From the NCBI GenBank assembly GCA_964016885.1, contig OZ024763.1:12524001-12588000 (forward strand): 64,000 nt of DNA. Reading direction: 5' to 3'. Each line of letters begins with the position of its first letter. Within the stretch, counting starts at the first letter, position 1. Source of the stretch: Eledone cirrhosa (Eukaryota). Shown here one piece after another: positions 13,650 to 27,034 of the stretch. Below the pieces are notes generated by a model. The model saw nothing but the letters and a program-made list of their open reading frames with translations. It ran no database searches and was not told the DNA's origin. The translations under genes were made by a program, and so were the position numbers.

Positions 13650-13790
13650 ATAGAGTTACTTCCCTTTATGATCTAAGTTCAAATCCCGCCGAGGTTGACT
13701 TTGCCTTTCATCCTAACGGGGTCGATAAAATAAAGTACCAGTAATGCACTGGGTAATTGCTGGCTTTGTGCCAAAAGTAGAAAAGGTTAT
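13650..13790 (+). mobile_element. SINE family A (5'-truncated)
   Basis: AGTTCAAATCCCGCCGAGGTTGACTTTGCCTTTCATCC...GTGCCAAAAGTAGAAA. Confidence 0.9.
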
Positions 13791-14679
13791 TAATAATTAT
13801 AAATAAATGCTATAGTGCAATGCCTGTGCCTAAAGAATTCTTTTTAAGTGAGGAATGACTGTGCACTGAGCCAATCCCACTCTCTGAGCGACAGTAGCTA
13901 TATACATACATTCATAGATACATACGTACATATACATACATGCATACATACGTACGTACCTACACATATAGACACATTCATACATACATAGGTACGTACC
14001 TACACACACACACATACACACACACACGCGTACGAACGTACGTACATACCTACATGCATACATACACACACACACGTACGTACATACATACATGCATGAT
14101 GGCTGCCCCCTCGTTATCGAGTATGGCCATTGCACGAAGAGAAAAAAAATAAAATAATAATAATAAATAAATAAAAATAAAATAAAAATAAAAAAAAATA
14201 AAAATACACATACATACATACATAGATACATACATACATACATAGATATATATCTATAAAGTCATATAAACAAACGACGTCATATGGACACAACCGTGTC
14301 CAGTCCAAAATGGCGGCTGATATTTATGAACACACACACATACACACATTCATACACACGCGTACGAACGTACGTACATACATAGCTACATGCATACATA
14401 CACACACACACACACGTACGCACATACATACATGCATACATACATACATAGATATATACATACATACATAGATACATATATATATATAAAGTCATATAAA
14501 CAAACGACGTCATGTGGACACACAACCGTGTCCAGTCCAAAATGGCGGCTGATATTTATGAACAATGGCGCTGACTGTTACACCGTGTAAAGCACGTTTG
14601 ATATTGTTTATACATTTACTGTCTTAAATAGAGCGGAGCGAAATATCCCTTCAATACGTACACACACACACGCACCCAC

Positions 14680-14721
<42 letters not shown>

Positions 14722-14814
14722 ATACATATATATATATATATATACAGACACACACAGACAAATAGATATGTATATTTATTCATAGCTTCGTCACTCAGCC
14801 TTGATGGCCTCAAT

Positions 14815-14857
<43 letters not shown>

Positions 14858-14861
<4 letters not shown>

Positions 14862-15088
14862 ATAATAATAATAACAATAATAATAATAATAATAAAAATA
14901 ATAATTGTTTCTACTTTTGGCACAAGGCCAGCAATTCTCCAATGTATTACTGGTACTTTATTTTATCGACCCCGTAAGGATGAAAGGCAAAGTTAATCTC
15001 CGCGGGATTTGAACTCAGGAAAGGCAAGGGCCGTAACTCTATGCGTCAAAGCATGGCGTCCGACCCTCTACCTATACTGCCAATCCAT
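14858..15088 (-). mobile_element. SINE family A with (ATT)n tail
   Basis: High identity to 2845-3033. Confidence 0.9.
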
Positions 15089-15576
15089 TTCATTATATAT
15101 ATTTCGAAGATGTATCATGAAATAAATAGAGATGATATAAAGTATATATCTTTCGTTTATTATTATTATTATCATTATTATTATTATTATTATAATACTC
15201 CGGATAAACATTATCTGTTGAGTGCTTGACCTCTGTTATATACAACAGTCAGTTGATTACAAATCAACTAACTCTTTTTTCATTGATTAATATATATATA
15301 TATATATATAAATGTAAGTATGTATGTATACGTACATACATATATGTATACAGACGTACAGTAGTATGTATATATATACATATATATATATATATGTACG
15401 TATGGGTTTACCGAACATTTATTATAATGTTCGGTTTGTTTGTAAACACTATATACATACTACTGTACATCTGTATACATATATGTATGTACGTATACAT
15501 ACATTTAAGTATCAGCCGTACTAAGAGTGAGAAATGAAATTTCGTTTCATTCTTTTCCATTTATATATATATATAT

Positions 15577-15816
15577 TGTTATACTTTGGGAGGGTCATGT
15601 TGCCAACAAGAAACACACGCACCAGTTGCTTTCACTTCAATTTATTATAATAAATTTATAAATTTCCGGTTCGTTGGTTGGTTCCACAACCAGATGAATG
15701 TTTATATATATTGTCAAAGTTCTTTCGTCACACATTCTGTGACCTCTTCAGTGACTGGGGATTCTTTTCTTTGTTTTTGTGCCTCTCCTTTGTTCTGTCC
15801 TACGCCATCTTGTTTT
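15577..15816 (-). mobile_element. Hammerhead-bearing short element, family P2 (second copy at 37741-37993)
   Basis: Two closely similar copies, each abutting (TA)n; minus strand 15713-15755 reads GTCA-CTGAAGA-G-GTCACA GAATG TGTGAC-GAAA-GAAC-TT-TGAC. Confidence 0.75.
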
Positions 15817-16061
15817 TGTGTGTGTGTTGTGTGCTTAGTTTGCGCATGTGTTACATCCGGGTGTCTGTGTGTGCTTATATTCGTTTACTTATTTGTTGAT
15901 TTACATGTTACTGGTTGGTTGTTTGTTCTATGTGCGTGTGTGTGTTTTCATTTTGTCCTTAATTGTAAGTTGTGATGTTGCTGTTCCACTCATGTTTTCT
16001 ATTTAATTTTTTAATTTAAATTAAAATTAAATTAAATTAAAAAATTAAAATTAAATTAAAT

Positions 16062-16486
16062 GCAGACGACGGGAAGACAAGCAAATACCGGAGCTTGTCC
16101 GGCAGCTTCTTGCTTGCACCGGTCAACACCGAGAACTGAGGCGTTCTAGGACACCGGACAGCTGACCTTCTCCGTAAAATCGGATCGATAGCAGCTGACC
16201 AGAGGAAGGAGCCCCACGAGGTGGCATGGCTGTTGCAGCGTGTATCACTGGCCATTGTCCGCGGTAATACCTGTTTCATTTTTCACTGCGGAGCGCAACA
16301 AAAACACCACTCAGACCTAGAGGTAAAATCTGTCCCCCTCTTCCGTTACCCCTTTCTTTCTTCCTTTGTCTAGTGGTCCTTCTTATTTATGGCATTTATA
16401 GTCTTTTCCAATGCTGCTCTCTTTTTCTGCATGTTTATATAACTTACTACGAAATAAAATGTCATTTTTCAAATAAAAAAAAAAAA
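16062..16486 (+). mobile_element. CRE-like (restriction-like endonuclease) non-LTR retrotransposon 3' end
   Basis: ADDGKTSKYRSLSGSFLLAPVNTEN*GVLG..LLRKIG...WLLQRVSLAIVRGN fits the RLE C-terminus (K..KY, P..ET.G, QR.S.A..RGN); followed by AATAAA and an A-run at 16475-16486. Confidence 0.8.
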
Positions 16487-16586
16487 CCAATAGAAATATT
16501 GTTTCTTTTGTTTGATCTGATCATCAGCTTCTATTTGGGGATTTTGCATTTCTTTATCCTTGAACTATATAGATGTGTGTGTGTGT

Positions 16587-16688
<102 letters not shown>

Positions 16689-16977
16689 GTGTGTTGTGTG
16701 TGTGTGGTGTGTTGTGTGTGTGTGTGTGGTGTGGTGTGTGTTTGGTGTGTGGTGTGGTGTGTGTGTGTTTGGTGTCTTGTGTGTGTGGTGTGTGTGTTTG
16801 GTGTGTTGTGTGTGTGTGTGTGTGAATAAGACCATTGACCACTCTAACCAGTAAACAAATCACCGAGAAAGCACCGTGAAAACTCGGTCACAACTCCCAC
16901 TAAAACAACTTCCGACCTGCATTAATAGTTTACTAAACCAACCATTGACTGTACCAACAATGTAATGTGTGTGTGTG

Positions 16978-17036
<59 letters not shown>

Positions 17037-17158
17037 TTGGATGTGTATGAATTGGTATGGTCTCACCACCATCACGTACACATACAAACATTGTAACATT
17101 GTTCCAGAAAATTCAATTGCTCACCATGGTAACGGAGAAGCAGGGTGGTGGTGGTGGT

Positions 17159-17161
17159 AGC

Positions 17162-17214
<53 letters not shown>

Positions 17215-17224
17215 CAGAATTAAC

Positions 17225-17259
<35 letters not shown>

Positions 17260-17314
17260 CAGCAGTAGTAGTAGTAGCAGTAGTAGTAGTAGCAGAATCA
17301 ACAGCAGTAGTAGT

Positions 17315-17358
<44 letters not shown>

Positions 17359-17407
17359 CAGTAGTAGTAGTAGCAGAATCAGCAGCAGTAGTAGTAGTAG
17401 TAGTAGT

Positions 17408-17438
<31 letters not shown>

Positions 17439-17572
17439 ATAGCAGACGCAGTAGTAGCAGCAGCAGTAGTAGTAGTAGTAGTAGTAGCAGCAGTAGTAGT
17501 AGTAGCAGTAGTAGTAGTAGTAGTAGTAGTGGCAGCAGCAGTACTAGTAGTAGTAGTAGTAGTAGTAGTAGT
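17159..17572. repeat. (AGT/AGC)n array
   Basis: Source of the poly-Ser/Leu ORF artefacts. Confidence 0.95.
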
Positions 17573-17771
17573 ATAAGGTGTAGGAGAGGGAGGTGAGACT
17601 GTAGTGTGGCACTAAAATACAACAGCAAAGCCAAACCATTTAAAAGAAGGAAGTCCGCCGCAGATTTCCCCGCGGAGGAATACAGCCGTGATTAGGTTTA
17701 GTGATTCTACAATTATAGACATCATGTATGTATATTGTTGGCTGTGTACAGCTGTGTAGACATACAGTCAT

Positions 17772-17831
<60 letters not shown>

Positions 17832-17852
17832 CTGTGTTTAATTTTTATATTG

Positions 17853-17899
<47 letters not shown>

Positions 17900-17979
17900 T
17901 AGATATAGATATATACGTATATATATATATATATATATCTATATCTATATATATACATATAAATATGCACATATATACA

Positions 17980-18067
<88 letters not shown>

Positions 18068-19169
18068 TATATATATATATATATGCACATATATACATAT
18101 ATGTATATATATATATATATAGATGCGCATATATACATATATGTATGTGTATATATATATATATATGTGGGTGTGTGTGAGTGTGTATGCGTGTGTGTAT
18201 ATATGTACACACACACACACACACACACATATATATGCATGCATATATATATATACACATATATATATATACACAAACACACACTTTCGATATCACAAAC
18301 ACACAATACAGTACAACACTCACACATATACACACATACACATACATATACATACATACATACACCCATATTAAATGTATGCCGCATCGCCAATGGTATA
18401 TTCTACGCCGTATTATAATTTTATTATCTAAATTCATGTCATTGGTTCCCTTGAATTATCTCCCTTGGGTCCTTTTTTATTTATGATTATGCAAATTACC
18501 CTTCGCTAAAACATATAACTAATTCTTTTACTACATGTAAAAATGTGAAGGTTCGTGGCTTGATGGTTAGGCTGTCTGATACAAGAAAGTTGTGAGTTCT
18601 ATAAGAGAGCTCTCACGTAGGTAATGTCCATGAAACATATATACATATACACGGAAGCGTAACTAGGGTATGGCAAACATAGCACGTGAAGGGGGCGCCA
18701 CTTGGTCTAGGAGCGCATTCTATTAAAGTCAAATAGCTTCGTCGGAGAGTGAATAAAGAAACTCCTTCAGATGGAGAACACTATGATAGCTGGATCATTA
18801 AACCATTTATATAAATTATTATCGCCCACTAGCAGACAAACCACCCTTCGGATGGTTTTCTGCTAGCATGTGTAGTGTGTATATTGATATTATACACAAA
18901 TATACATACATGTAGACATGCTACGACAAATAAAATCGTAATTGACAATATACACAGAAATTGAAGAGAGACTGTGTTACACTGTCTTCTGTAATCAGTA
19001 AAGTAATCCATGATACTTTTAAAAGAGATGATATTATATATAAACTGCATTACGGTGAAATGTTATGAAAACGAAAAAGGAGAAAATTAGCGACGGAAAT
19101 ATAAACTTTATATAACGATGCAAGTTTATGAACGTTTCTATAAGCGATGTGATATAGCGTCCATTATAT

Positions 19170-19305
19170 AGTTACGTCCGTTTACGATCTGAGTTCAATT
19201 CCCGCCGAGGTTTACTTTGCTTTTCATCCTTACGGGGTCGATAAAATAAAGTACTAGTAATGTACTGGGATAATTGCTGGCCTTGTGCCAAAAGTAGAAA
19301 CAATT
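19170..19305 (+). mobile_element. SINE family A (5'-truncated)
   Basis: GAGTTCAATTCCCGCCGAGG...GTGCCAAAAGTAGAAACAATT. Confidence 0.9.
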
Positions 19306-19639
19306 ATATCATAACCGGAAGTATTGACATTTGAAAATTTTAAAAGCAGTGAATCTTAAAATAACCAATAAAATTATATATATTTAATCAAGAGTTAGGA
19401 AATTTAGTAGATAAATTATATATTCAAATTATTTATTCAAAGTAATCCAACTTATTTTACTAACGGGATAAAAAAATATATTGAGGACACAGTCCCACAC
19501 TCCTCCCTTTATTATATTATGATCGGTAACAACACAGTGCTGGGCAGGGGTGCTATTTTCCCTAGTTATGCCTTTGCAAATCCGAACACAAAGGAACCAA
19601 ACTCCCACTGCCACTGCCTCGACTCTAATTTACACAGCT

Positions 19640-20280
19640 GGCAGATGTGTGTTGTATCTGAGATTTAAACGACCAGCCGTCAAACACACTGCAGCACACT
19701 GAATCTCCCTGAGAGATTATACGACTAGCCGTCACACACAGTGTAGCACACTGAATCTCCCTGAGAGATTTAACCGACCAGCCGTCACGCACAATGTCGC
19801 ACACTGAAGCTCCCTGAGAGATTTAAACGACAAGCCGTGACACAGTGTAGCACACTGAATCTCCCTGAGAGAATCAAACGACCAGTGGCACACTGAATCT
19901 CCCTAGAGAGATTCAAAGGATAAGATGTGGTACACTGTGTAGCACACTGAATCTCCCTGAGAGATTTAAACGACCAGCCGCCACACACAGTGTAGCATAC
20001 TGAATCTCTCTGAGAGATTCAAACGACGAGCCATAATACACAATGTACCACACTGAATCTCCCTGAGAACGACGTTACGTATTCATATGTCTTGTATATG
20101 CCATACAAGATGGGTTGTATCTGTAATTCAAACGGTCAGCCTTGACACCATCTGTGTCACGCCGAATCTCCCTGAGAACAACGTTAAAGTTCTACACGTC
20201 TGTGGAATGTTCATCCACCACTTCTGCAGTTTGTTCCGTTGATCAACTGAAGAAATCGGCGTCGAAAGCGACGGAGGCAC
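19640..20280 (+). repeat. ~52-bp tandem array built from the dispersed CTGAATCTCCCTGAGA repeat
   Basis: CACACTGAATCTCCCTGAGAGATT..ACGACCAGCCG repeated about 8 times; the same motif occurs at 25058-25260 and 52730-53150. Confidence 0.85.
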
Positions 20281-20357
20281 GACAACATGTGAAACTGTTG
20301 AGAGTCTTTTATACTGACAAGGTCTTCACCGCCGAAACTTATGTATGTGGTGTTATT

Positions 20358-20950
20358 GTTACAGCTTACACCTATGTAGGTTTAGCTGGACTCCTACGAG
20401 GTTGTAACTCATAGCAGGTTTCTCAGGTGTTTTAATGATAAGGGGGCCAGTCCTATTATGTTGTTACAGCTTACACCTATGTAGGTTTAGCTGAACTCCT
20501 ACGGGGTTGTATTTTATAAAAGGTTTCTTGGGGGTTTTAATGATAAGGGGCCCAGTCCTATTATGTTGTTACAGTTTACACCTATGTAGGTTTAGCTGGA
20601 CTCCTACGGGGTTGTATTTTATAAAAGGTTTCTTGGGGGTTTTAATGATAAGGGGGCCAGTCCTATTATGTTGTTACAGTTTACACCTATGTAGGTTTAG
20701 CTGGACTCCTACGGGGTTGTATTTTATAAAAGGTTTCTTGGGGGTTTTAATGATAAGGGACCCAATCCTATTATGTTGTTACAACTCCCACATTTGTAGC
20801 TTTAGCTGATGTTACACCAGGTTGTATTTTATAAAAGGTTTCTTAGGTGTTTTGATGATGGGGGATCCAGTCCTGTCAGGTTGTTACAGCTCCCACCTAT
20901 GTAGGTTTAGTTGACTTCACACCAGGTTGAACCTCATAGGAGGTTTCTAA
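20358..20950. repeat. 105-bp tandem repeat, about 5-6 copies
   Basis: Period measured from ACAGTTTACA at 20571 and 20676. Confidence 0.9.
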
Positions 20951-21159
20951 AGTAGTGGTGGTGATGGTGGTGGTGATGTTTGTGGGGATGGTGGTAGTAT
21001 TAGTGATGGAGTGGTTGGTGGTGGTGATGTTTGAGGGAGTAGTAGTGATGGGAAAGCGTGGTGGTGATGGGAACAGGTGTGGTGGTGGTGATGGGAAAAG
21101 GGGTGGTGGTGGTGGTGGTGGGAACACGTGTGGTGGTGGTGATGGGAAAAGATGTGGTG

Positions 21160-22065
21160 GAGGTGGTGGTTGTGGGAGTGCTGGTAGTGTTAGTGGTGGG
21201 GTAGTGATGGGAAAAGGGGTGGTGGTGGGAGTGCTGGTAGTATTAGTGGTGGGGTAGTGATGGGAAAAGGGGTGGTGGTGGGAGTGGTGGTGGTATTAGT
21301 GGTGGGGTAGTGATGGGAAAAGGGGCGGTGGTGGGAGTGCTGGTAGTATTAGTGGTGGGGTAGTGATGGGAAAAGGGGTGGTGGTGGGAGTGGTGGTGGT
21401 ATTAGTGGTGGGGTAGTGATGGGAAAAGGGGTGGTGGGAGTGGGAGTGCTGGTAGTATTAGTGGTGGGGTAGTGGTGGGAAAAGGGATGGTGGGAGTGCT
21501 GGTAGTATTAGTGGTGGGGTAGTGGTGGGAAAAGGGGTGGTGGTGGTGGGAGTGCTGGTAGTATTAGTGATGGGGTAGTGGTGGGAAAAGGGGTGGTGGT
21601 GGTGATGGTGAGAGTGCTGGTAGTATTAGTGGTGGGGTAGTGATGGTAAAAGGAGTGGTGGTGGGAGTGCTGGTAGTATTAGTGGTGGGGTAGTGATGGT
21701 AAAAGGGGTGGTGGTGGTGGTGGTGGGAGTGCTGGTAGTATTAGTGGTGGGGTAGTGGTGGGAAAAGGGGTGGTGGTGGTGGTGGGAGTGTTGGTAGTAT
21801 TAGTGGTGGGGTAGTGATGGGAAAAGGGGTGGTGGTGGTGGTGGTTGTGGGAGTGCTGGTAGTATTAGTGGTGGGGTAGTGATGGGAAAAGGGGTGGTGG
21901 TGGTGGGAGTGCTGGTAGTATTAATGGTGGGGTAGTGATGGGAAAAGGGGTGGTGGTGGTGGTTGTGGGAGTGCTGGTAGTATTAGTGGTGGGGTAGTGA
22001 TGGGAAAAGGGGTGGTGGTGGTGGTTGTGGGAGTGCTGGTAGTATTAGTGGTGGGGTAGTGATGG
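21160..22065. repeat. G-rich minisatellite, ~51-63-bp unit
   Basis: GTGGGAGTGCTGGTAGTATTAGTGGTGGGGTAGTGATGGGAAAAGGGG with a variable (GGT)n spacer. Confidence 0.92.
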
Positions 22066-22306
22066 TATGGTGGGGGTTGTGGCGAAATTATTGAGCAATT
22101 ATGACAGTTAAAGAGAAGCACAACTTCAACTAATCGAACAATAACAATAATAATAATAATATCAACAACAACAACAACAACAAGATGCAGCAGCTGTTGA
22201 TTGGGGGGGGGTCGGGTAAAATGTGACATATAATGAGAGTTGTATTGATCTTCGGGAGTTAGCATTAAAAATCAAGAAGCACACACTCATATATATATAT
22301 ACACAG

Positions 22307-22358
<52 letters not shown>

Positions 22359-22407
22359 ATGTGTATATATATATATATATATATATACATACATATGCAT
22401 ACACAGC

Positions 22408-22445
<38 letters not shown>

Positions 22446-22504
22446 CACACACATACATATATATATACACACACATACATATATATATATATACATACAT
22501 ACAT

Positions 22505-22547
<43 letters not shown>

Positions 22548-23281
22548 AATACACACGTGCATATATATATATATATAGACATATATACAGATACGTATAC
22601 ACACACACACCTACATACATATATACATACACACACACACCTACATACATATACACACACACATCTACATATACACACACACACACACCTACATACATAT
22701 ATACACATACACACACACCTGCATACATATATACACATACACACTTGTATGTATATATATATATATATATATCTTTTTTTTTATTTATTTATTTATTTAT
22801 TATTATTATTATTTTATTTTATTTTTTATTCTTAAATTTTTTTTTTCTTCTCGTGCAATGGCCATACTCGATAACGAGGGGGCAGCCATCATGTATGTAT
22901 GTGTACACATATATATATATATATGCGTGTGTGTGTGTGTGAATGTATGTATATATATATATTTGTGTGTGTGTATATGTTTGTATGTGTGTGTATATGT
23001 ATATATGTATATAAGTGAGTATGCGTATGTGTATGAGGGTGTATGTGTGTATGTATGTGTGTGTGAATGTATATGTATGCATGTGTGTGAGTATATATGT
23101 ATATATGTGTGTATATGTATGTATATAAGTGAGTATGCTTATGTGTATGAGGGTGTATGTGTATGTGTGTGTGAATGTATATGTATGCATGTGTGTGTGA
23201 GTATATATGTATATATGTGTGTATATGTATGAATATGAGTATACCTCTCTACCTATATATTATGTATATGTATTCAAATAA

Positions 23282-23314
<33 letters not shown>

Positions 23315-23621
23315 CACACACACATATCAATATCCCTTTTTTAAAGAATATTGCTGTTCTTCCTCTAAGTTTATTTTTTATAAAGAGCGACAGTCGGGCG
23401 TATATAAAATCAATATTTCGTTTCCCTTTGATCTTCAGTATCGACCTCTTTACCGGACATAGGTTAAATTTCTCACTTTATTCCGTGTACATACACACGC
23501 ACGCACACACACACACAAACACACAAACACTCACACAGACACACCTTACGCAGTCCTTTACATATACATCCATCAATCCATACACACACACACACACAGA
23601 CACGCATCGACACATGCAGGA

Positions 23622-23672
<51 letters not shown>

Positions 23673-23678
23673 TATATA

Positions 23679-23754
23679 CAGGGTGTACCCAAAAATGTAT
23701 ACACACTTCAACAGCATTCTCATCAAACGTTATACATTTTTGGGGGACACCCTG
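23679..23754. mobile_element. 76-bp Tc1/mariner-type MITE
   Basis: TIRs CAGGGTGTACCCAAAAATGTATA / TATACATTTTTGGGGGACACCCTG with TA on both flanks. Confidence 0.85.
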
Positions 23755-23760
23755 TATATA

Positions 23761-23935
23761 TATCGGTAGAGAGTCGGACGCCATGCTTTGCAGCAAAGGG
23801 TTATGCCCCTTTATGGTCTGAGTTCAAATCCCGCCGAGGTTAACTTTGCTTTTCATCCTTACGGGGTCGATAAAATAAAGTACCAGTAATACACTGGGAT
23901 AATTGCTGGCCTTGTGCCAAAAGTAGAAACAATTA
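23761..23935 (+). mobile_element. SINE family A
   Basis: TATCGGTAGAGAGTCGGACGCCATGC...GAGTTCAAATCCCGCCGAGG...AGTAGAAACAATT. Confidence 0.9.
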
Positions 23936-24273
23936 TATATATATATATATGTGTGTGGGTGGGTGTGCGTGCGTGTGTGTTTGTGTTTGTATGTATGTAT
24001 GGATTGATGGATGTATATGTACATGACTGCGTACAGGTGTGTCTGTATGTGTGTGTGTGTGTGTCAGTGTGAGTGTTTATGTGTGTTTGTGCGTGTGTGA
24101 GTGTGTATGTGAGTTTCTGCGTGCATGTGTGCGTGTGCGTGTGTGTGTGTCTGTGTGTGTGTGTGTGTGTGTGTATGTGTGTACGTGTGTATGTACGTAG
24201 GTGACTAAAGCACGTTTTAGAATGTGGTTGACTTGCCAAGCTATTTAGAACGCTGGTTTAACCACTTTACTTC

Positions 24274-24308
24274 CCTCCGAAGAAGAGATATTATCTCGAA
24301 AATTAAGG
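24274..24308 (+). ncRNA. Minimal hammerhead-like fold (U4C variant)
   Basis: CCT-CCGAAGA-A-GAGAT ATT ATCTC-GAAA-AT-TA-AGG with palindromic AATT at stem III, AATAAA just downstream, and the island ending in (TA)n. Confidence 0.55.
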
Positions 24309-24461
24309 ATATTTAAATAAATTTAAGGTAAAAGACTAATTGTCATCAATATCTTTTGCATTTGCATTTATATTCTATATCCATACCTGCATTGTTTTGG
24401 CTTTACAAATACAAACGTTTATACCTCATTACACAATGCTTCAAGTGAACTATAACTTCCT

Positions 24462-24517
<56 letters not shown>

Positions 24518-24826
24518 ATAACAAGGTATCGTTTAAGGTAATCCAGCTAGAGGTTATGAGTACTCTGTATCGAGGATAGTTTTAACGACCGGCGTTGTTT
24601 GACTCAACAAGAGGTTTCCTTAGTAGGGTGGCCAGTTTAAGAGAGTTCCTAGGCAGGCAGTTCTTGGAGTAATAATAGTAAAAGAATGAAGAATAACATG
24701 GCCGGCTGTACAGTAGGGTTTATTTACAGTATTAACAATTGTTTCTTTAATCAGGTGAATCTAAAAGCCACTGATCGTTAGAAGATACGTCACTCGACGT
24801 ATATATACGTATATATATATAGCTGA

Positions 24827-25045
24827 GTGAAGGCGTGTGGCTGAGTGGTTAGAGAATTGGATTCACAATCTTGAGGTTGTGGGTTCGATTCCTGGACCGG
24901 GCGATGCGTTATGTCCTTGAGCAAGACACTTTATTTCACGTTGCTCCTTCTACCTGGAGTTGCGACCGATAGATAGTACTAGCAACTGGAAAGACCGATG
25001 GAAACATTGTTTCCTCGGTCCGATTTGACGAAAGTCGATCGATTT
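24827..25045 (+). mobile_element. tRNA-derived SINE, family B
   Basis: TGGCTGAGTGG (A box) and GGTTCGATTCC (B box); close copy at 28701-28878. Confidence 0.88.
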
Positions 25046-25283
25046 AAAAAATATATAGCTGAATATCCCTGAGAATTTCATTAAAGGGCACTTATATCGG
25101 CGGAGTACTCCACCACTATACAATACAAAGTGAACCTTTACTTCAAAAGGCCAACCATGTCACATTATACCAAGCTGAATCTCCCTGAGAACTAAGTCAA
25201 GCGCACACATACCTGCAGAATACTCTGCCACTTACACTATTATACATGTAGGCTTCTAGTCGTAATTTAAAAAGCCGTACTGC

Positions 25284-26243
25284 CAGGCATGTCAAACTAA
25301 GGTTCCCCCGAGGGCCACATGGGTCACATATGTGTTGTCTGAGGACCACATGTGTCACATATGTGTTGTCTGAGGACCACATGGGTCACATATGTGTTGT
25401 CTGAGGACCACATGGGTCACATATGTGTTGTCTGAGGGCTACATGGTCCACAGATGTGTTGTCTGAGGGCCACATGGGTCATATATGTGTTGTCTGAGGA
25501 CCACATGGGTCACATATGTGTTGTCTGAGGGCTACATGGTCCACAGATGTGTTGTCTGAGGGCCACATGGGTCACATATGTGTTGTCTGAGGATCACATG
25601 GGTCACATATGTGTTGTCTGAGGACCACATGGGTCACATATGTGTTGTCTGAGGGCTACATGGTCCACAGATGTGTTGTCTGAGGGCCACATGGGTCACA
25701 TATGTGTTGTCTGAGGACCACATGGGTCACATATGTGTTGTCTGAGGACCACATGGGTCACATATGTGTTGTCTGAAGGCTACATGGTCCACAGATGTGT
25801 TGTCTGAGGGCCACATGGGTCACATATGTGTTGTCTGAGGGCTACATGGTCCACAGATGTGTTGTCTGAGGGCCACATGGGTCACATATGTGTTGTCTGA
25901 GGGCCACAAGGGTCACATATGTGTTGTCTGAGGACCACAAGGGTCACATATGTGTTGACTGAGGACCACATGGGTCACATATGTGTTGTCTGAGGACCAC
26001 ATGTGTTACAGATGTGTTGTCTGAGGGTCACATGTGTTGTCTGAGGGTTACATGTGTTGTCTGAGGGCCACATGGGTCACAGATGTGTTGTCTGAGGGCC
26101 ACACACGACAATTAATTGCACACATTACAACTAATATTTTTTTATTTTATATTACGCTCGCGCTGTAAAAATCTTTGTGCGGGCCATAGGTGTGCTTGTA
26201 AAGAGCCGCATGCGGGCCGCGGGCCTCATCTTTGACATGCCTG
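25284..26243. mobile_element. hAT/Charlie-type MITE containing an internal 31-bp minisatellite
   Basis: Perfect 13-bp TIRs CAGGCATGTCAAA / TTTGACATGCCTG; about 25 copies of GGACCACATGGGTCACATATGTGTTGTCTGA at 25311-26101. Confidence 0.88.
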
Positions 26244-26426
26244 CCCTACACTATATCACGCAGATTCTATATGGGGATAACATTCTGTGTTTGACTTAGC
26301 TATAAGCTAACTAAGCTATAGCTTAGGGCCACACCGCCTGGGGGCCGCATTTTTAAAAAATATATTTTTATTTTATAATTTGGTTTAATTCTGAAACACT
26401 TAATAATCAAAAACTACATGTGTGTG

Positions 26427-26459
<33 letters not shown>

Positions 26460-26714
26460 ATGTCTGTGTGTATATGTGTGTATATATATGTGTGTGTATA
26501 TATGTGTGTGTGTGTATATATATATATGTGTGTGTGTGTTATTTGTCCTTTATCATTAATATTAGCATAAAAAATAATAATCATATATAATTATTATATA
26601 CCGTGTAAGTCCAGCACTGGTTACATTAAAGGTACACGGAATACTCAACCACTTATACTATAATCACAAGGATCACATTATGCAATGGGTCGCTTTTTTT
26701 AAAATCCGTTAGAG

Positions 26715-27034
26715 CAGAGGTCTCAAACTTTTTGGACTACCGCCCTCCTCACAGCCACATAATACTCTCAGTGACCCCAAACCCTATTTCGAGAGACCTG
26801 CCTACACACAAATTGTAAATAATATATAAATAAAAGCATTAATTTATATATAATAAATAATATATTTTTTATTTTAATATATACATTTATTATATATATA
26901 CGTATATATGTATCATTTGATATTTAATATACTATCATATCGCTACCCCCACCACCACATCTCAGGCCCTAGCGCCTCCCTGGACCTTCTTAACGCCCCC
27001 GAAGGGTCGGTAGCGCCCACTTTGAGAACATGTG
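26715..27034. mobile_element. hAT-type MITE with perfect 8-bp TSD
   Basis: TSD CGTTAGAG at 26707-26714 and 27035-27042; ends CAGAGGTCTCAAAC / TTTGAGAACATGTG. Confidence 0.88.

Noticed and set aside
18733-18772. CTGAAGG...GAAGC motifs (also near 14783 and 61703)
   Set aside because: Several invariant core positions are violated; cannot be distinguished from chance.
24827-24905. tRNA gene
   Set aside because: A and B boxes are present but there is no complete cloverleaf, and the sequence continues into a multi-copy SINE body.
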